From the human T2T-CHM13v2.0 reference genome, Homo sapiens, in NCBI RefSeq assembly GCF_009914755.1, contig NC_060938.1: a stretch of DNA of 64,000 nt; one strand, given 5' to 3'. Within the stretch, counting starts at the first letter, position 1, and each line of letters starts with the position of its first letter. The notes below the pieces were generated by a model, which did no database searches, was not told where the DNA came from, and worked only from the letters and a program-made list of their open reading frames with translations. This document shows positions 45,347 through 57,820 of the stretch, piece after piece. The translations under genes were made by a program, and so were the position numbers.

Positions 45347-45361
<15 letters not shown>
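45084..45361 (+). mobile_element. AluS with small right-arm deletion, flanked by A/(AT)n
   Basis: Dimer lacking gcggaggttgcagtga. Confidence 0.92.
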
Positions 45362-45379
<18 letters not shown>

Positions 45380-45625
45380 TATTATAACTGTAATAGCTTG
45401 TGTTGATGTCTATAGTATAGAGGAAAAGGTCAAAAGTATTGGTGGGCCAGAACTTTTCATCCTTTTTGGGATTTTTATTTCATTTTATTTTATCCATGTT
45501 TATAAGAAAATTGCCTGAAAACCCAGGAAAGGCATGAGTAGCTCAATGGAAAATGTTTCAGAAGAAAATGCCTATGACAAGGAAAGAAAGTTTGTGAGGG
45601 TGCATTTTAATTAAAATGTTATCTA

Positions 45626-45951
<326 letters not shown>

Positions 45952-46499
45952 TTATCTAAATGCATCACATTAGCAATTATAAGCTACTGCTTGCCAAATT
46001 TATGTTTGCAGTTCTAATCTCTTCTCCAACCCATGGATTTCTAAATCTCATGCTTCTAATATTCTGTGCATCATAAACGCAAATTTGAATGTTTCCACCC
46101 TTGCTGAAAATCCTTCAATGGCTCCCTATTGCCTACAGAATAAAGCCCAAGTCCTGAATATATCACACAAGGCCCTTGTGACTTGTCCTCATTCTCTCTA
46201 GCTGACATTGGTGCATAAGACCTGGATTGCCTCTACCCTATACCCCTATAACTTCACGGCTCAGAAGGCTCACAAAGGCTTCCTAATATCAAGGTGCTTT
46301 CTGAGCCAGAAAGCCAGGTAAGGGATTTTCCACTCCATCAGAATGGGAGCCCTGATTCTGCTTTGCTGTTAAACTTCATTCTTTCATTGCACATTTATGG
46401 AGTGCCTATTTTTGTCAGGAACTGTATTAAATTATAGGGATTTAAGAGCAAACAAGACACACATTATGACTACAAAGAGCTTACATACCTGATTAAACA

Positions 46500-47022
46500 C
46501 TATTAGTCTCCTATTACTGCTATAACAAATTATCATGAAATTTGTAGCTTAAAACACCACCATTTTATTACCTTACATTTCTGGAGGTCAGAAGTCTGAA
46601 ATGAGTTTCACTTGGATAAAATCAACATAGTGGCAGGGCTGCATTCCTTATGAAATCTATAGGGGATTTCATAATCTGTTTCTCTTGCCTTTCCAGCTTC
46701 TAGAGGTTGTCTACATGCCTTGGCTTATGGTCTCTTCCTCCACTGTCAAAGCCAGTAATGTAGCATCTTCAGATCTCTCTCTGACTCTGTTTCTGTGGTC
46801 ACATCTCCATGTCTAACTCTGACCCTCCTACTTCCCTCTTATGAAAACCTTGTGGTTACATTGAGTCCACTTAGATAATCCAGGATAATCTCCCTATCTC
46901 AAGATCCTTAACTTAATCATATCTTTATAAAATCTCTTTTGCCACATAAGGTAACATATTCACAGGTTTTGGTGATTAGGATGTGGACATCTTGGAGGGT
47001 AAGGGTGTTCTCTTTACCACAC
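46500..47022 (-). mobile_element. MLT1C-like LTR
   Basis: tattagtctcctattactgctataacaaat...ggtaacatattcacagg...taccaca. Confidence 0.8.
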
Positions 47023-47369
47023 TCTGCTAGCAGTTTTATTTTGTCTGAATGAGCACTATTGGCTTATATGAAAAACATGTGTTGAGTGCCTACTATGTGC
47101 CAGGCACTGTTCTAGGTGCTAGGAACACAGCAGTGAATAAAGCAGACATAGAGTTCCTGCCCTCAGGGATCTTACCTTCTAGATGAAAGACAGACAATAA
47201 ACCAACAAACAATTAGATAATATGTCAGGGAGTGATAGACTTCAGAGAGCAATAGAACTGTGTGGGGAGTATGAGATTGGGGTGATTGCTATTTTGTAAG
47301 GGGTGACTGTAGCAATCAAGGTGTAGTTAGGAGAATGGAAGCTGTTCTTGATCATTCAAAAAGAGGGAA

Positions 47370-47634
47370 TTTTTATTTTTATTTTTTTTTTGCGACAGGG
47401 TCTCTGTCACCCAGGCTGGAATGCAGTGGTGCAGTCTTGGCTCACTGCAGCCTCCACCTCCTGGGCGCAAACGATCCTCCCACCTCAGCCTCCAGCTAAT
47501 GTTTTTGTATTTTTAGTAGAGACGGAGTTTGGCCACGTTGCCCAGGCTGGTCTCAAACTCCTGGCTTCAAGTGATCCGCCCTCCTCAGCCTCCTGAAGTG
47601 CTGGAATTACTGGCATGAGCCATCGTGCCTGGCC
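47370..47634 (-). mobile_element. AluJ with internal deletion
   Basis: Reverse diverged Alu. Confidence 0.9.
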
Positions 47635-47706
47635 AAAATGAGAGAATTTTTATACAGGGGAACTACATGGTGGATGGAAGAACTGATAAATTAACCAGGG
47701 TGATGA

Positions 47707-48228
<522 letters not shown>

Positions 48229-48940
48229 TGATGGCTGAACCCAGCTGGAAGCCCCTGACAAGGCATCCTTGAAAACATGGCCCATGGGGTTCAGCCCTAC
48301 TGCAAGGTAGAGCAGGACAAGAGAGGGCACCCAAGAGCAAGCAGGCAGATTACCAACAGTTACCTCTGTACAGACATCTAAACAGACCCAGAAAGTGCAT
48401 CATGCAGATATTTGGGGAAAAAGCTCTCCAGGCAGAGGAAAGAGCAAATGCAAGGCCTGGAGGCAGTAGAGCACCAAGTATAGTCAATGAATAGCAGGAA
48501 TGCCAGTGTGGCTGGGGTAGAAAGAGGGAGGGGAGAGAGGGAGGGATTGGGAGTCAAAGAATATACAGTTCCTGGGCCAGAATATGAACTGGGGCTTTTT
48601 CTCCGAGTGAGGTGAGAGGTCCTGGAAACTTTGTTAGCAGAGAAGTGACAAGATTAGACTTACTCATGCTCCACACTTTGGATCCTGTGTGTAGAACAAA
48701 TTATTGGAGGGGAAATGCAGGAGTAGGGAAACCAACTAGGAGACCAGTAGAGAGACAATTGTGATAATCCAGGTGAGAAATGGCTTGAATCAGAGAGGTG
48801 GAGCTGCAGTGGGTGGAAGTGGTTGGATTCTACACATATTTTGAAGAAAGGACCATCAGAATTTGTTGATGGTTTGGATGAGAGAGAAATAGAGGAGTCA
48901 AGGATGATTCCAAGACTTTGGCTCTGAACAAAACCTCTGA

Positions 48941-49250
<310 letters not shown>

Positions 49251-51639
49251 AGGGAACCGGTTTTGAGAGGGATATCTGGAGTTCAGGAGGGCACTGGTTT
49301 TTGGGGGAATATTTGGAGCTCATCAGTTTTAAACATGTGAAATTTGAAATACCTAGTACATAATCAATTGCAGATGTTGAGTAGCAGATGGATGTACAAA
49401 TCTGGAGATGGGGGAGATGACTAGCCTGGAGGTGTAAGTTTGGGAGTATTTAATGTATAGATGGTATTTAAAACTATCAGACTGGTGAGCTCACCACAGA
49501 GTGAAAAGAGACCATAAAGAGATGTCCAAAGTCTGAGTCCTGGAGCCTCCTATGTTGAGAGGTTCAAGACTAAAAAGACCAGAAAGGTAGGATAAGAACT
49601 AGGATAGACTCTTGGCTCAGAAGCCAAGGGAAGAAAACATTTCAAGAACCAGCATGGTTGACCTCTTCCCTGCTGCTGAGGGCTCCAGCCAGGTGAGCTT
49701 GGAAGTTGAGCACCAGATTTAGCAATAAGGCAGTCACTGATGCCCCTGAGAAGACCTGTTGCTGTGGAGTAGTGGGGGTGAAAGGCTGCTCAGAGTGGAT
49801 TCATGGGAAGGGAAGGATAGGAATTGAAGACACCAAGCATGGAAGAGCCTTTTGAAGATTCCAGTTATAAAGTGAAGCAGGGGGAGACATAAAATTTAGG
49901 AAGCATTTTAGTTTTTACCACGGCAGATATTCCAGTATGCTTGTAAGCCCTTAGAAGTGAAGCAGTAGAGAAGGAAAATTTGCTGATTCAAGAGAGAGTG
50001 GGGACAGTTGCTGAATCAATGTCCCTGAGTTAGAGGTGATGGCACTAATGCACAGACCGAGGCTAATCTTGGCTAAGAGCACCAAGAGTTCATAAATGAC
50101 AGGAAGGACAGAGGAGTATATGCAGACAGATGCAGGCAGGTTGGTAGACAAGAGTGATAGAGAGGGTATGTGTGTTCAGTTCTCTTCTGATTATTTCTAT
50201 TTTACCAACAAAAGAGGGAGCAAGGCCATTAGCTAGAAGTACTAGGCAGAGGTTTGATTAAGGAGGAGAAGATGTGAAACAGTCCTTTAAAGAGGAGGGA
50301 AGAGCACAGGGAAGTATAGTAGTTTTGCTGTTAATTGATTAACAGAACGTTATAATTATTTATAACAACGTTATAAAGTAGTTGGTGTTTTAAACTTGTA
50401 ATGAATACTACTATGTAAATGAGAGAAGGGGCATTTGCTAAGGAATCCAGTATTCATGTAAACAGAGTTACATCAATAAGGCTAAAATAATAACACCCTA
50501 AAATTAAAACAACATGGGATATCATTTAATCCTGAATAATTTTGAGGGCACTTTGGACCTTTGTAATGATTTAGAGTAATCTTTCTAAATATCACTTAGA
50601 ATAATGCCCTGCAGATGTACAGCTACTGGAGTTCTGAATAGGCCAGTTAAATCAGATTTTAAATGTAAAACATGCAAATGTGAGTCAGTGTTTATAATAT
50701 TAAAAAATACATAAAATTTGTATGGTAGGCCTCTGTGTCAAAATTCATTCTATATTTGGTATACACTATACATTAGGGTGTTTTGTTGAGTAGAGGTAAA
50801 TAACCAGAGGGAAATGAATTCACCTGGGTTTTAACGAAATAAGAAGCAAATAGGGAGGGAACAACATAGCAAATGACTAGATGTTCTTATCACTAGAAAG
50901 GTTACATATCCTTTGTGTTGGAGGGCAAAGGCAAGGGGTTGAGCAGAGATGGGTAGAGGAGCCAAGACAGTGGACAGGAAGTGGACTGAGATCTAGTCTG
51001 TGCTCTTGGCAAACTCTCCATTCCGCATTTCCCTCTTCTGCTGCCTGACATCTGCTATTTTGAAACCTAGGAAGGTCAGGAAGATACAGCAGGAGTGACT
51101 GACCTAGAGAATGTGCAGTTGGAAACTAGGCTTTGGTAGCTTTCACTTTTTATCTCCTTTAGAAACACGGATGAAAGTTCTGCCATCAGTGAGGGATAAA
51201 TAGTAGCCCAGGGCCTTGAAAAAGCAGTTTTAGATCCCTGGGACAATTTCTACTATTTTACTATGTCTGAAGATTAGGGAGGTTATTTTTGTAATTTGAG
51301 GCCAACACCCATCTCTTGAGCCTTATATGAAGCACTGAAGAATGTTAATAGATTTGGCTAGCATTTGGGTCAATTATTTCAAATGGCTATCTGGGAGTCA
51401 TAAAACAGATGGTCCTGAAATTGTACTGCGTTGGTGGATGTAGATTGGCAGCCATCTTTTAAGGGCAAAATTATGTTAAAAGCTAAGCCAGAACAAATGA
51501 GCAACAACTGATTTATAATATTTTGCAATGTTATGAAAAATGGTTCCTTAAAACAGATTCACAGGACTGATGGTGATGTTCCATTGTGTTTCTTTGTGAA
51601 AATGTGATATTAAACACACCAGTAAATGAATCTGAGGCC

Positions 51640-51778
51640 CTCCGTCCTTCCCCTCCTCCCTCCCTCCCTTCCTTCCTTCCACAGATCTAGTCTTCGCTCC
51701 TTCCTTCCTTCCTTCCTTCCTTCCTTCCTTCCTTCCTTCCTTCCTTCCTTTCCTTCCTCCCTCCCTCCCTCTTTCCTT
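51640..51778. repeat. (CCTT)n/(CCCT)n polypyrimidine microsatellite
   Basis: Direct reading. Confidence 0.95.
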
Positions 51779-52120
51779 ATAGTTATTTTGGGAGTATGGA
51801 TGTATTTAGTTTGGGTCTTTGGTTTTAATTAGAGTATTTATTAAATAACAAGGAATCTGCTTTGAGTTAGTGTAAAAGCAAATCATGAACTATAGATTAC
51901 CTTTGAAATTACTGTAACATGGTCAATATTTTTGTTGTTTTTGTAGTTGGGACAAGATAAATTTTAAAATAAAATTGTCAACATTTAAAGAAAATTGTCA
52001 ACATATAGCTACTCTTTGTGAAACTGACCTACTATAAGATGAAACTTTTTTTATCATTTGCTGTAAAAGGAAGATTTGTTATTTATTGGAAAATTTTATA
52101 GGTCTAAGAGCTCTTATATT

Positions 52121-52124
<4 letters not shown>

Positions 52125-52152
<28 letters not shown>

Positions 52153-52465
52153 CTCACACATACATATGTGTATATATATTTAGATGCAGGATCTCACTGT
52201 GTTGCTCAGGCTGGAGTGCAGTGGTGTGATCAGAGGTCACTGCAGCCTTTAACTCCTGGGCTCAAGTGATTCTCAAGCCTCGGCCTCCTGAATAGCTGGG
52301 ACTACAGGTGCATGTCAGTATACCTAGCTAATATTTTTTATTTTTGTAGATACAGGGTCTCTCTATGTTGCCCAGGATAGTCTCAAACTCCTGGCTTCAA
52401 GCAGTCTTCCCACCTGGGCCTCCCAAAGTGCTGGGATTATGCATGTGAGCCACCATGCCGGCCAG
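52125..52465 (-). mobile_element. AluJ with (TA)n-derived tail
   Basis: Reverse diverged dimer; (TA)n at 52125-52152. Confidence 0.9.
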
Positions 52466-53668
52466 CTATAGAATTTTAAAGCTGTAATAACCTAACATGT
52501 GGGGTACCCCCCACAGATGAAGAATCAGAGAGATTAAATAACTTCTCAAGGAGACTCAATTATTAGTGGCACAGAAAAACGTAAACCCTAGTTTGCTGAC
52601 TTTGTCTAGTATCACTTAGGTTTCTAATACACAAACTTTCATTGACAGGATTTAAACTTGCAAGTGACTTACAAGTTTTGACTGCCTAGTCCTCATATGC
52701 TTAGGTTATGCTTTAGGTTTCTAGTTCTGTGGGACTGAGTTAAATAATGGTTTCCCCATGTTCATGGATAGGAATTTTAAAAATTGAGATATAATCCACA
52801 TACAATGGTATCTATTTTTACTCATTCATTTTGAAATCTAAAGTTTAACTTCTATTCATAATATCCATTTTACTTAGGCAGTGAGTATATAATAACCCTC
52901 ACCTCAGAAAAGTTTCTACAGTTAAAAGACACGGGCTGAGGAGAGTTCATCTTCATCCTTACTAGCATTTTGGAGTACGTATAAAGGCGTCTGCGGATGC
53001 CTAATGATTAAAAAAAAAGTTCCCCTCACCATGGTGAATAGGGTTTTTACGAGAAAAATATGGAGAAAGCAGAGATTATTACCATTGAAAAAGACAAGGT
53101 GTTAACAGAAATGGGAGGGTAGCTTGATAGAGTCCAAACTTGACTGAACTCTCTAGGTTAGGGCCAAAGGCAAGTACTGAGGACAGGCATGGACTGTTGC
53201 GTTCAACTTGTCAAAAAAGTGGCCAATATGTAGTATGGACCAAGCCTATAGAGGCGCTGAGAATACAGAGATGAATGAGCCAGTTCCTGAAGGAGCCCAG
53301 TCTGCGTGTGTTTGCGAGTTGAGAAGAGGAGGAGGGAGGCAGCATGGGGAGTGTGGGGATGGAGGAATTAGATTGAAAGAGAAGGCCGAAAAACTGAATA
53401 TATAGTAGAAATTTGGGGTGCAGATATGTGCTGCCTAGAAAGGCAGAAACCTGTCCCAGAACCTCTTAATACATTAGTCTCATTTGCCAAATTTGGCCAG
53501 ATATCATGACTGTGGTCCTCTCGAGATGCCCTCTTGAATCGGCTTAAAAATTATCCTTCCGCAACCACCCCTAGCTTTCCCCACCGCCAGTGCGCCGGGC
53601 AGGTTGAAAACTGCACCCACGTTTGCAGCCTCTGCTCTCCGCAGGAGACAGGAATCCAGGGCTTTGCC

Positions 53669-53682
53669 GTCGTCATAGCAAC
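53669..53682. promoter_or_regulatory. RFX X-box-like motif GTCGTCATAGCAAC
   Basis: Close to the GTNRCC-N-RGYAAC consensus with a perfect AGCAAC half site. Confidence 0.6.
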
Positions 53683-53756
53683 CAGAAGTTCCGCGGTCCC
53701 CTACCCTCCCGCGACTTTTTCCACTTCCTCCGCCTGCAGGGCCCAGCCGCCGCTTC

Positions 53757-53766
53757 TCTCGCGAGA
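53757..53766. promoter_or_regulatory. TCTCGCGAGA palindrome (BANP / 'ZBTB33' CpG-island motif)
   Basis: Exact match to a known CGI promoter motif. Confidence 0.8.
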
Positions 53767-53879
53767 CTTGTGCGCCGCGCTAAGCCGCTCCGTGGTGATC
53801 TCACCCGAGACTTGGGGGAGAGGGAGGAGTGAAGGAGGGGAAGGAATGGGGCGGGAGGCGGGGCGGGGAGGGGAAGGGC

Positions 53880-53998
53880 GAGTGAGGCGCCGCCACTGCC
53901 GGCAACTTTGTGAGCGAGTTCAGTGCGTGCGTGAGCGAGTGAGCGAAAAGTCAGTGCAGCGCCGAGTCCCCGGCTGGAGGGTCCCCGGGGAGGGCCAG
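53880..53998 (+). other. Candidate non-coding first exon (5' UTR)
   Basis: Downstream of the GC boxes; ends CAG|GTCTGG (moderate donor); TSS approximate. Confidence 0.4.
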
Positions 53999-54567
53999 GT
54001 CTGGGCCCCAGAGGCCGCCCCCGCAGCCACTCCATTCCCTCCCGCCTCTGTGGCTCCCTCCCCATTTCCTCCCCCACCGGTCGTTGGGGCCTTCCCGCCC
54101 CCGTCCGCACTTACCTGTCCCCTCCCCCATGCGGTACGCACCTCCTCATCCCCCCCCCGGCAACCTCGCGCCCACCTTGGACCTTCGGAGCCCGGACCCC
54201 CGCACTTGCTTCCCGTACTGGCCGCCCCCTCAGTTCTTTCTGCTGGCGGGCGGGATGGGGGCGCTGAGCCTCGGGGACGGCGCGAGCGGGGGCCCGGGCG
54301 CCTAGACAATAGTTGATGCCCAAGGACGGGGCCACCTCCGCCTTCCCCTCCTCCGGGAGCTCGGCCCCCGCCGGCCCCCCGCCAGCCTGTATTCCGGGTC
54401 CCCCTCGGAGCCAGCCTCGGGAATTGGGCTGATTCCACCCCCGCCTCCCTCGGGCCCCCCTCCGCTCCGCGCTCGGCGCCCGCCTCGGGCCGGCCTCGCC
54501 GCTCTCCGCAGAGGAGGCGGCGAGTGAGCGCGCGCCGGCCGTCTACACGGTTTCTCTTTCTCCCCAG

Positions 54568-54627
54568 GGAGAGCGCGCGGCGGACGCGCCCGGGACGCGC
54601 GGCGGCACCGGGAGGCCGGGCCGAGCG
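54568..54627 (+). other. Non-coding 5' UTR exon (60 nt)
   Basis: Acceptor tttctctttctccccag|G; donor GCG|GTAAGT; no ATG inside. Confidence 0.7.
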
Positions 54628-56269
54628 GTAAGTGGTCCCCGCGCCCGGGTCCTGGGGGGAGCGGGGGTGCAGGACGGCTGACAGCCCCCTGCCCTGTTTC
54701 TGGCCGGGGTTGGGGTCCAGGGCCCGGAGCAGGACCCCAGGAGGCCGGTTAAAGTTTGATTTTCGATTTGGTGGCTTGCTGGTAGCTTAGCCCGGCGGGG
54801 GCGAGTCCGGCTTCACCGCGCCCGGCGCGCGCGCACGCACCCCAGAACCCGAATCTGCACAACTACTGGGCAGGCGTCTCTGCGGGAGGCCAGGAGACCC
54901 GCGTCCCGGTCCGGGCGGTTGCGTCCACCCCGCTGAGCTGGTCGCCACCTGGCGACCCTTCCCCTCCAGTCACCTGGGTGAGCGCTTTGCAGCCTGAGCT
55001 GGAGTAGGCAGGCCGAGTTGGTTGAGTTGTGGGAAATGGAGACGAACAGCTCGGTGCCCGAGGGTGGTTAATTTCCCCTTTGGGGGTCTTGGGGACATGA
55101 AATTTTGGGATGCTCTAACCTGCTTTCCGGGGAGCGAGTAAACCGCGAAAGGGCTGGGAAGGCGTGAGGGTGCCGCAAAAAGAACTTTTCCTCCTTCGCC
55201 CCATCTGTTACCAGCTTCTCTCCTGACCTTAAAGGAAATTTCCGAGGCTCTTAAATCGCTCCACGGCATTTCTAGGTGGACCAGTAATCGTGTTGGGCAG
55301 GTTGAAATTTCATCGCGGTTTGGAGAACAGAGAGACATGGGAAATGGCTCACTTCCAAGGAAGATGTTTAGCTAAATTGTTGGCATTCGTTTTCTAAGAG
55401 AAGCATTTGGGGATTGATGGCTCCTAGACTACGATTACCTTATAGATTTTATTTTTCCTGACGGGTAGTTTAGAGGCAGCATTCGCTGAAATGCATACTA
55501 CCTGTGAAACGATCATGTTTCTAAACTGGAGCCAGCGATGTGATGCAAATTTCAGAATAAAGGTGTCGACTTTCATCAGGTTCCAGGTCTATCTGGATGG
55601 ACTGGGATTGGCGTTTCCTCTATAAAGCAAACCTTTCATGTTGAAACTCTGAGTCAGACTCTTAAAGCCATTGTCTTTATGCTGGTACTCTGTGGGAGTT
55701 AAGTGTCAACTTTCTCCTGTTTTCTCCTATGGAGTATCCGTCCAAGGCAAAGATTCTCTGACTGAATCTTTTGGAAACGTGCAAGGTTAGATCATACTGA
55801 ATTCTGCAGCCAGTTTAGTAATAATATTAGTTTTCTATATAATCCTGATTTAACGACTGTCATTTTTCTCTTCGTTTTTTGAAAGCTGCAATTAAGCTAC
55901 CTTTACCAGGATTTAAAAAAGAGGATAATATGGAACAGTGGTAATAACAGTAGGTCTCAGCTAATTTATTATGGCCACCGATGTGTCCAACTATTAGATG
56001 ACATCCCAGTTATTAACTACAATATTAATATTAAAACATTTTTCCCATGGAATCAATTATGCTAAAGCATTAACAATTAACAGTGCATTTAAAATGATGA
56101 GTGATTGTTTCCACATAAATGGTTAGAGGCAAAATAAGAGATTTGGGGGATGAATGGCTTTATGTCTCTGACAACTAATTTTCTTATTAATGCTTAAGTA
56201 AAGGACTCTTGAAGTTGACTGTCATTTGATTTTTCTAGTTGACTGAGTGAACAAGTTTGGTGAGTGGCT

Positions 56270-56440
56270 TGAGACAGTCAGTAGGTGTTGCTGTTGTTAG
56301 CTTCTCTGCAGTTCCTGCTTCTGCTCCTCGAGTTTGAAATTGCAATTCTGGTACAGTGAACTTTTAAAATCTGAAGTATCAGTCAGTGATAGTTGTGATT
56401 TCATTGGAGGAGTCTATGGCAAGGTTGACTTCAACTCCAG
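56270..56440 (+). other. Candidate alternative 5' exon
   Basis: Unique sequence ending CAG|GTAATA; possible acceptor cttctctgcag at 56301-56311; start uncertain. Confidence 0.3.
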
Positions 56441-57399
56441 GTAATAATTGCAAAGCACCTCTCTGATACTTTGTACTGAGATTCATTTAACTCTTCTTTT
56501 GTCTCTGTCCTTACACTAGTATTTTCAGGCTTCTGCATTTGCTTTGCTTTTGCTTTGAAGTATGTGTGTAATTTTGGTATAGTGCCCCCATCTTCATTGT
56601 TTAGGAACTTTTAAAAAACACTTTCTAGTGAGTTTATTGAAGTCATAGATTGAAGATTGCTTGAGATTAGCAGTTTTGTAGACTTCGGGGGGATCTTGGT
56701 TGAGTTGTGATGTATATATGTTCTATCTTAAGTTGCAATCTGAATTTTTAGATAAATGACTGTTTTTCTTTTTTTAAAAATCTGTTTGAGCTGTGAAATG
56801 GGAGCATGAGGAGAGCTGAAATGGTATGAGAGTGGAATTTGATGGAAAGTTTGTCATGATTAATAATGTGACTATGTGCCTCTTATCAGTCCTTACCGTT
56901 GTATTATCATTGTTATTGGTCCGTATCAGTGCACAAATGAAGTATGAATATCCTGAAGATTTTTTGTTGACATCTCAGATTTGAGCCTTTTGGTTCACTG
57001 ACCATATTAGATTTTCTCTATGGAAGACAAATAGACTCATTCCCATAATAAAGAACTAGAGCGCTGATAGAGCACACTTTTTTTTTTCCCCTTTGGATCA
57101 AATCATGGAAGTTCAAATCTGAAAATAAATTCAGAAATTTCTTTTTTTCCCCATAGCATCCCTATATTCCTAACCTTTTGAGTGGTGAGTCAAGCAATAT
57201 TTATTGAATGCTGCTATCTGGCAGGTGCACTTTTGGTTTCTGTGATTACAGTGATGAGCAAGAGTGTACCTGGCCACATGGAACTTGTAGTCCAGTGGGA
57301 CCATTTGTAGTAATATTTTCTGGCATGGAGTTATGGTACCCTGATGCCCTCGTAAAGGTTATACATAATAGGCAATTATTTTTGAATTTTAATATATTT

Positions 57400-57820
57400 T
57401 AACATTTTGAAATAATGTAACCTAGAATTTGTCCTCAGAAGGTCTGGGTTTCAAATACCTGCCCTGCCATTTTCGTTGTGAGATATTGAAAAATAATTGA
57501 ACTTCTTTCTGAACTTTACTGTTGTTTCCTGCGGAGATGGGCTCAAGACTTGCTTCACAGATGAGCTACAAAAATTGATGAGAATACATGTATGAAAGTA
57601 CTTTGTAAACTATAAAGTCTTATTTGTAATAGGGTTTTCTTACTTTTTGTTGGACAGATTCATGGATTGTTGGAACTAGGAGGGATTTTGACTCATTTGG
57701 CTCATGTTTCCCATTTTACGTATGAGGAAACTGAAGCCCAGAAAGTTGAAGTGATTTGTTGAAGGTTATAGAACTGGTTAATGACTAGGCAGTGATTGGA
57801 AGACAGGTGTCCATATTTAA
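57400..57820. mobile_element. Two opposed MIRs (+ 57400-57630, - 57640-57820)
   Basis: MIR core motifs in both orientations. Confidence 0.6.

Larger units (their letters stand above)
53560..55200. promoter_or_regulatory. CpG-island promoter of a + strand gene (CDS outside window)
   Basis: Sharp rise in GC and CpG content, free of repeats; GC boxes 53848-53878; downstream + strand splice sites. Identity as MSANTD3 is an unverified recollection. Confidence 0.92.

Noticed and set aside
53534-54438. 260-, 172- and 145-aa ORFs in the CpG island
   Set aside because: Stop-poor GC-rich DNA, low-complexity Pro/Gly/Arg content, often non-ATG starts, no recognisable domain.
54524-54567. GTGAGC donor paired with the 54567 acceptor
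   Set aside because: A 44-nt intron is below the usual human minimum.
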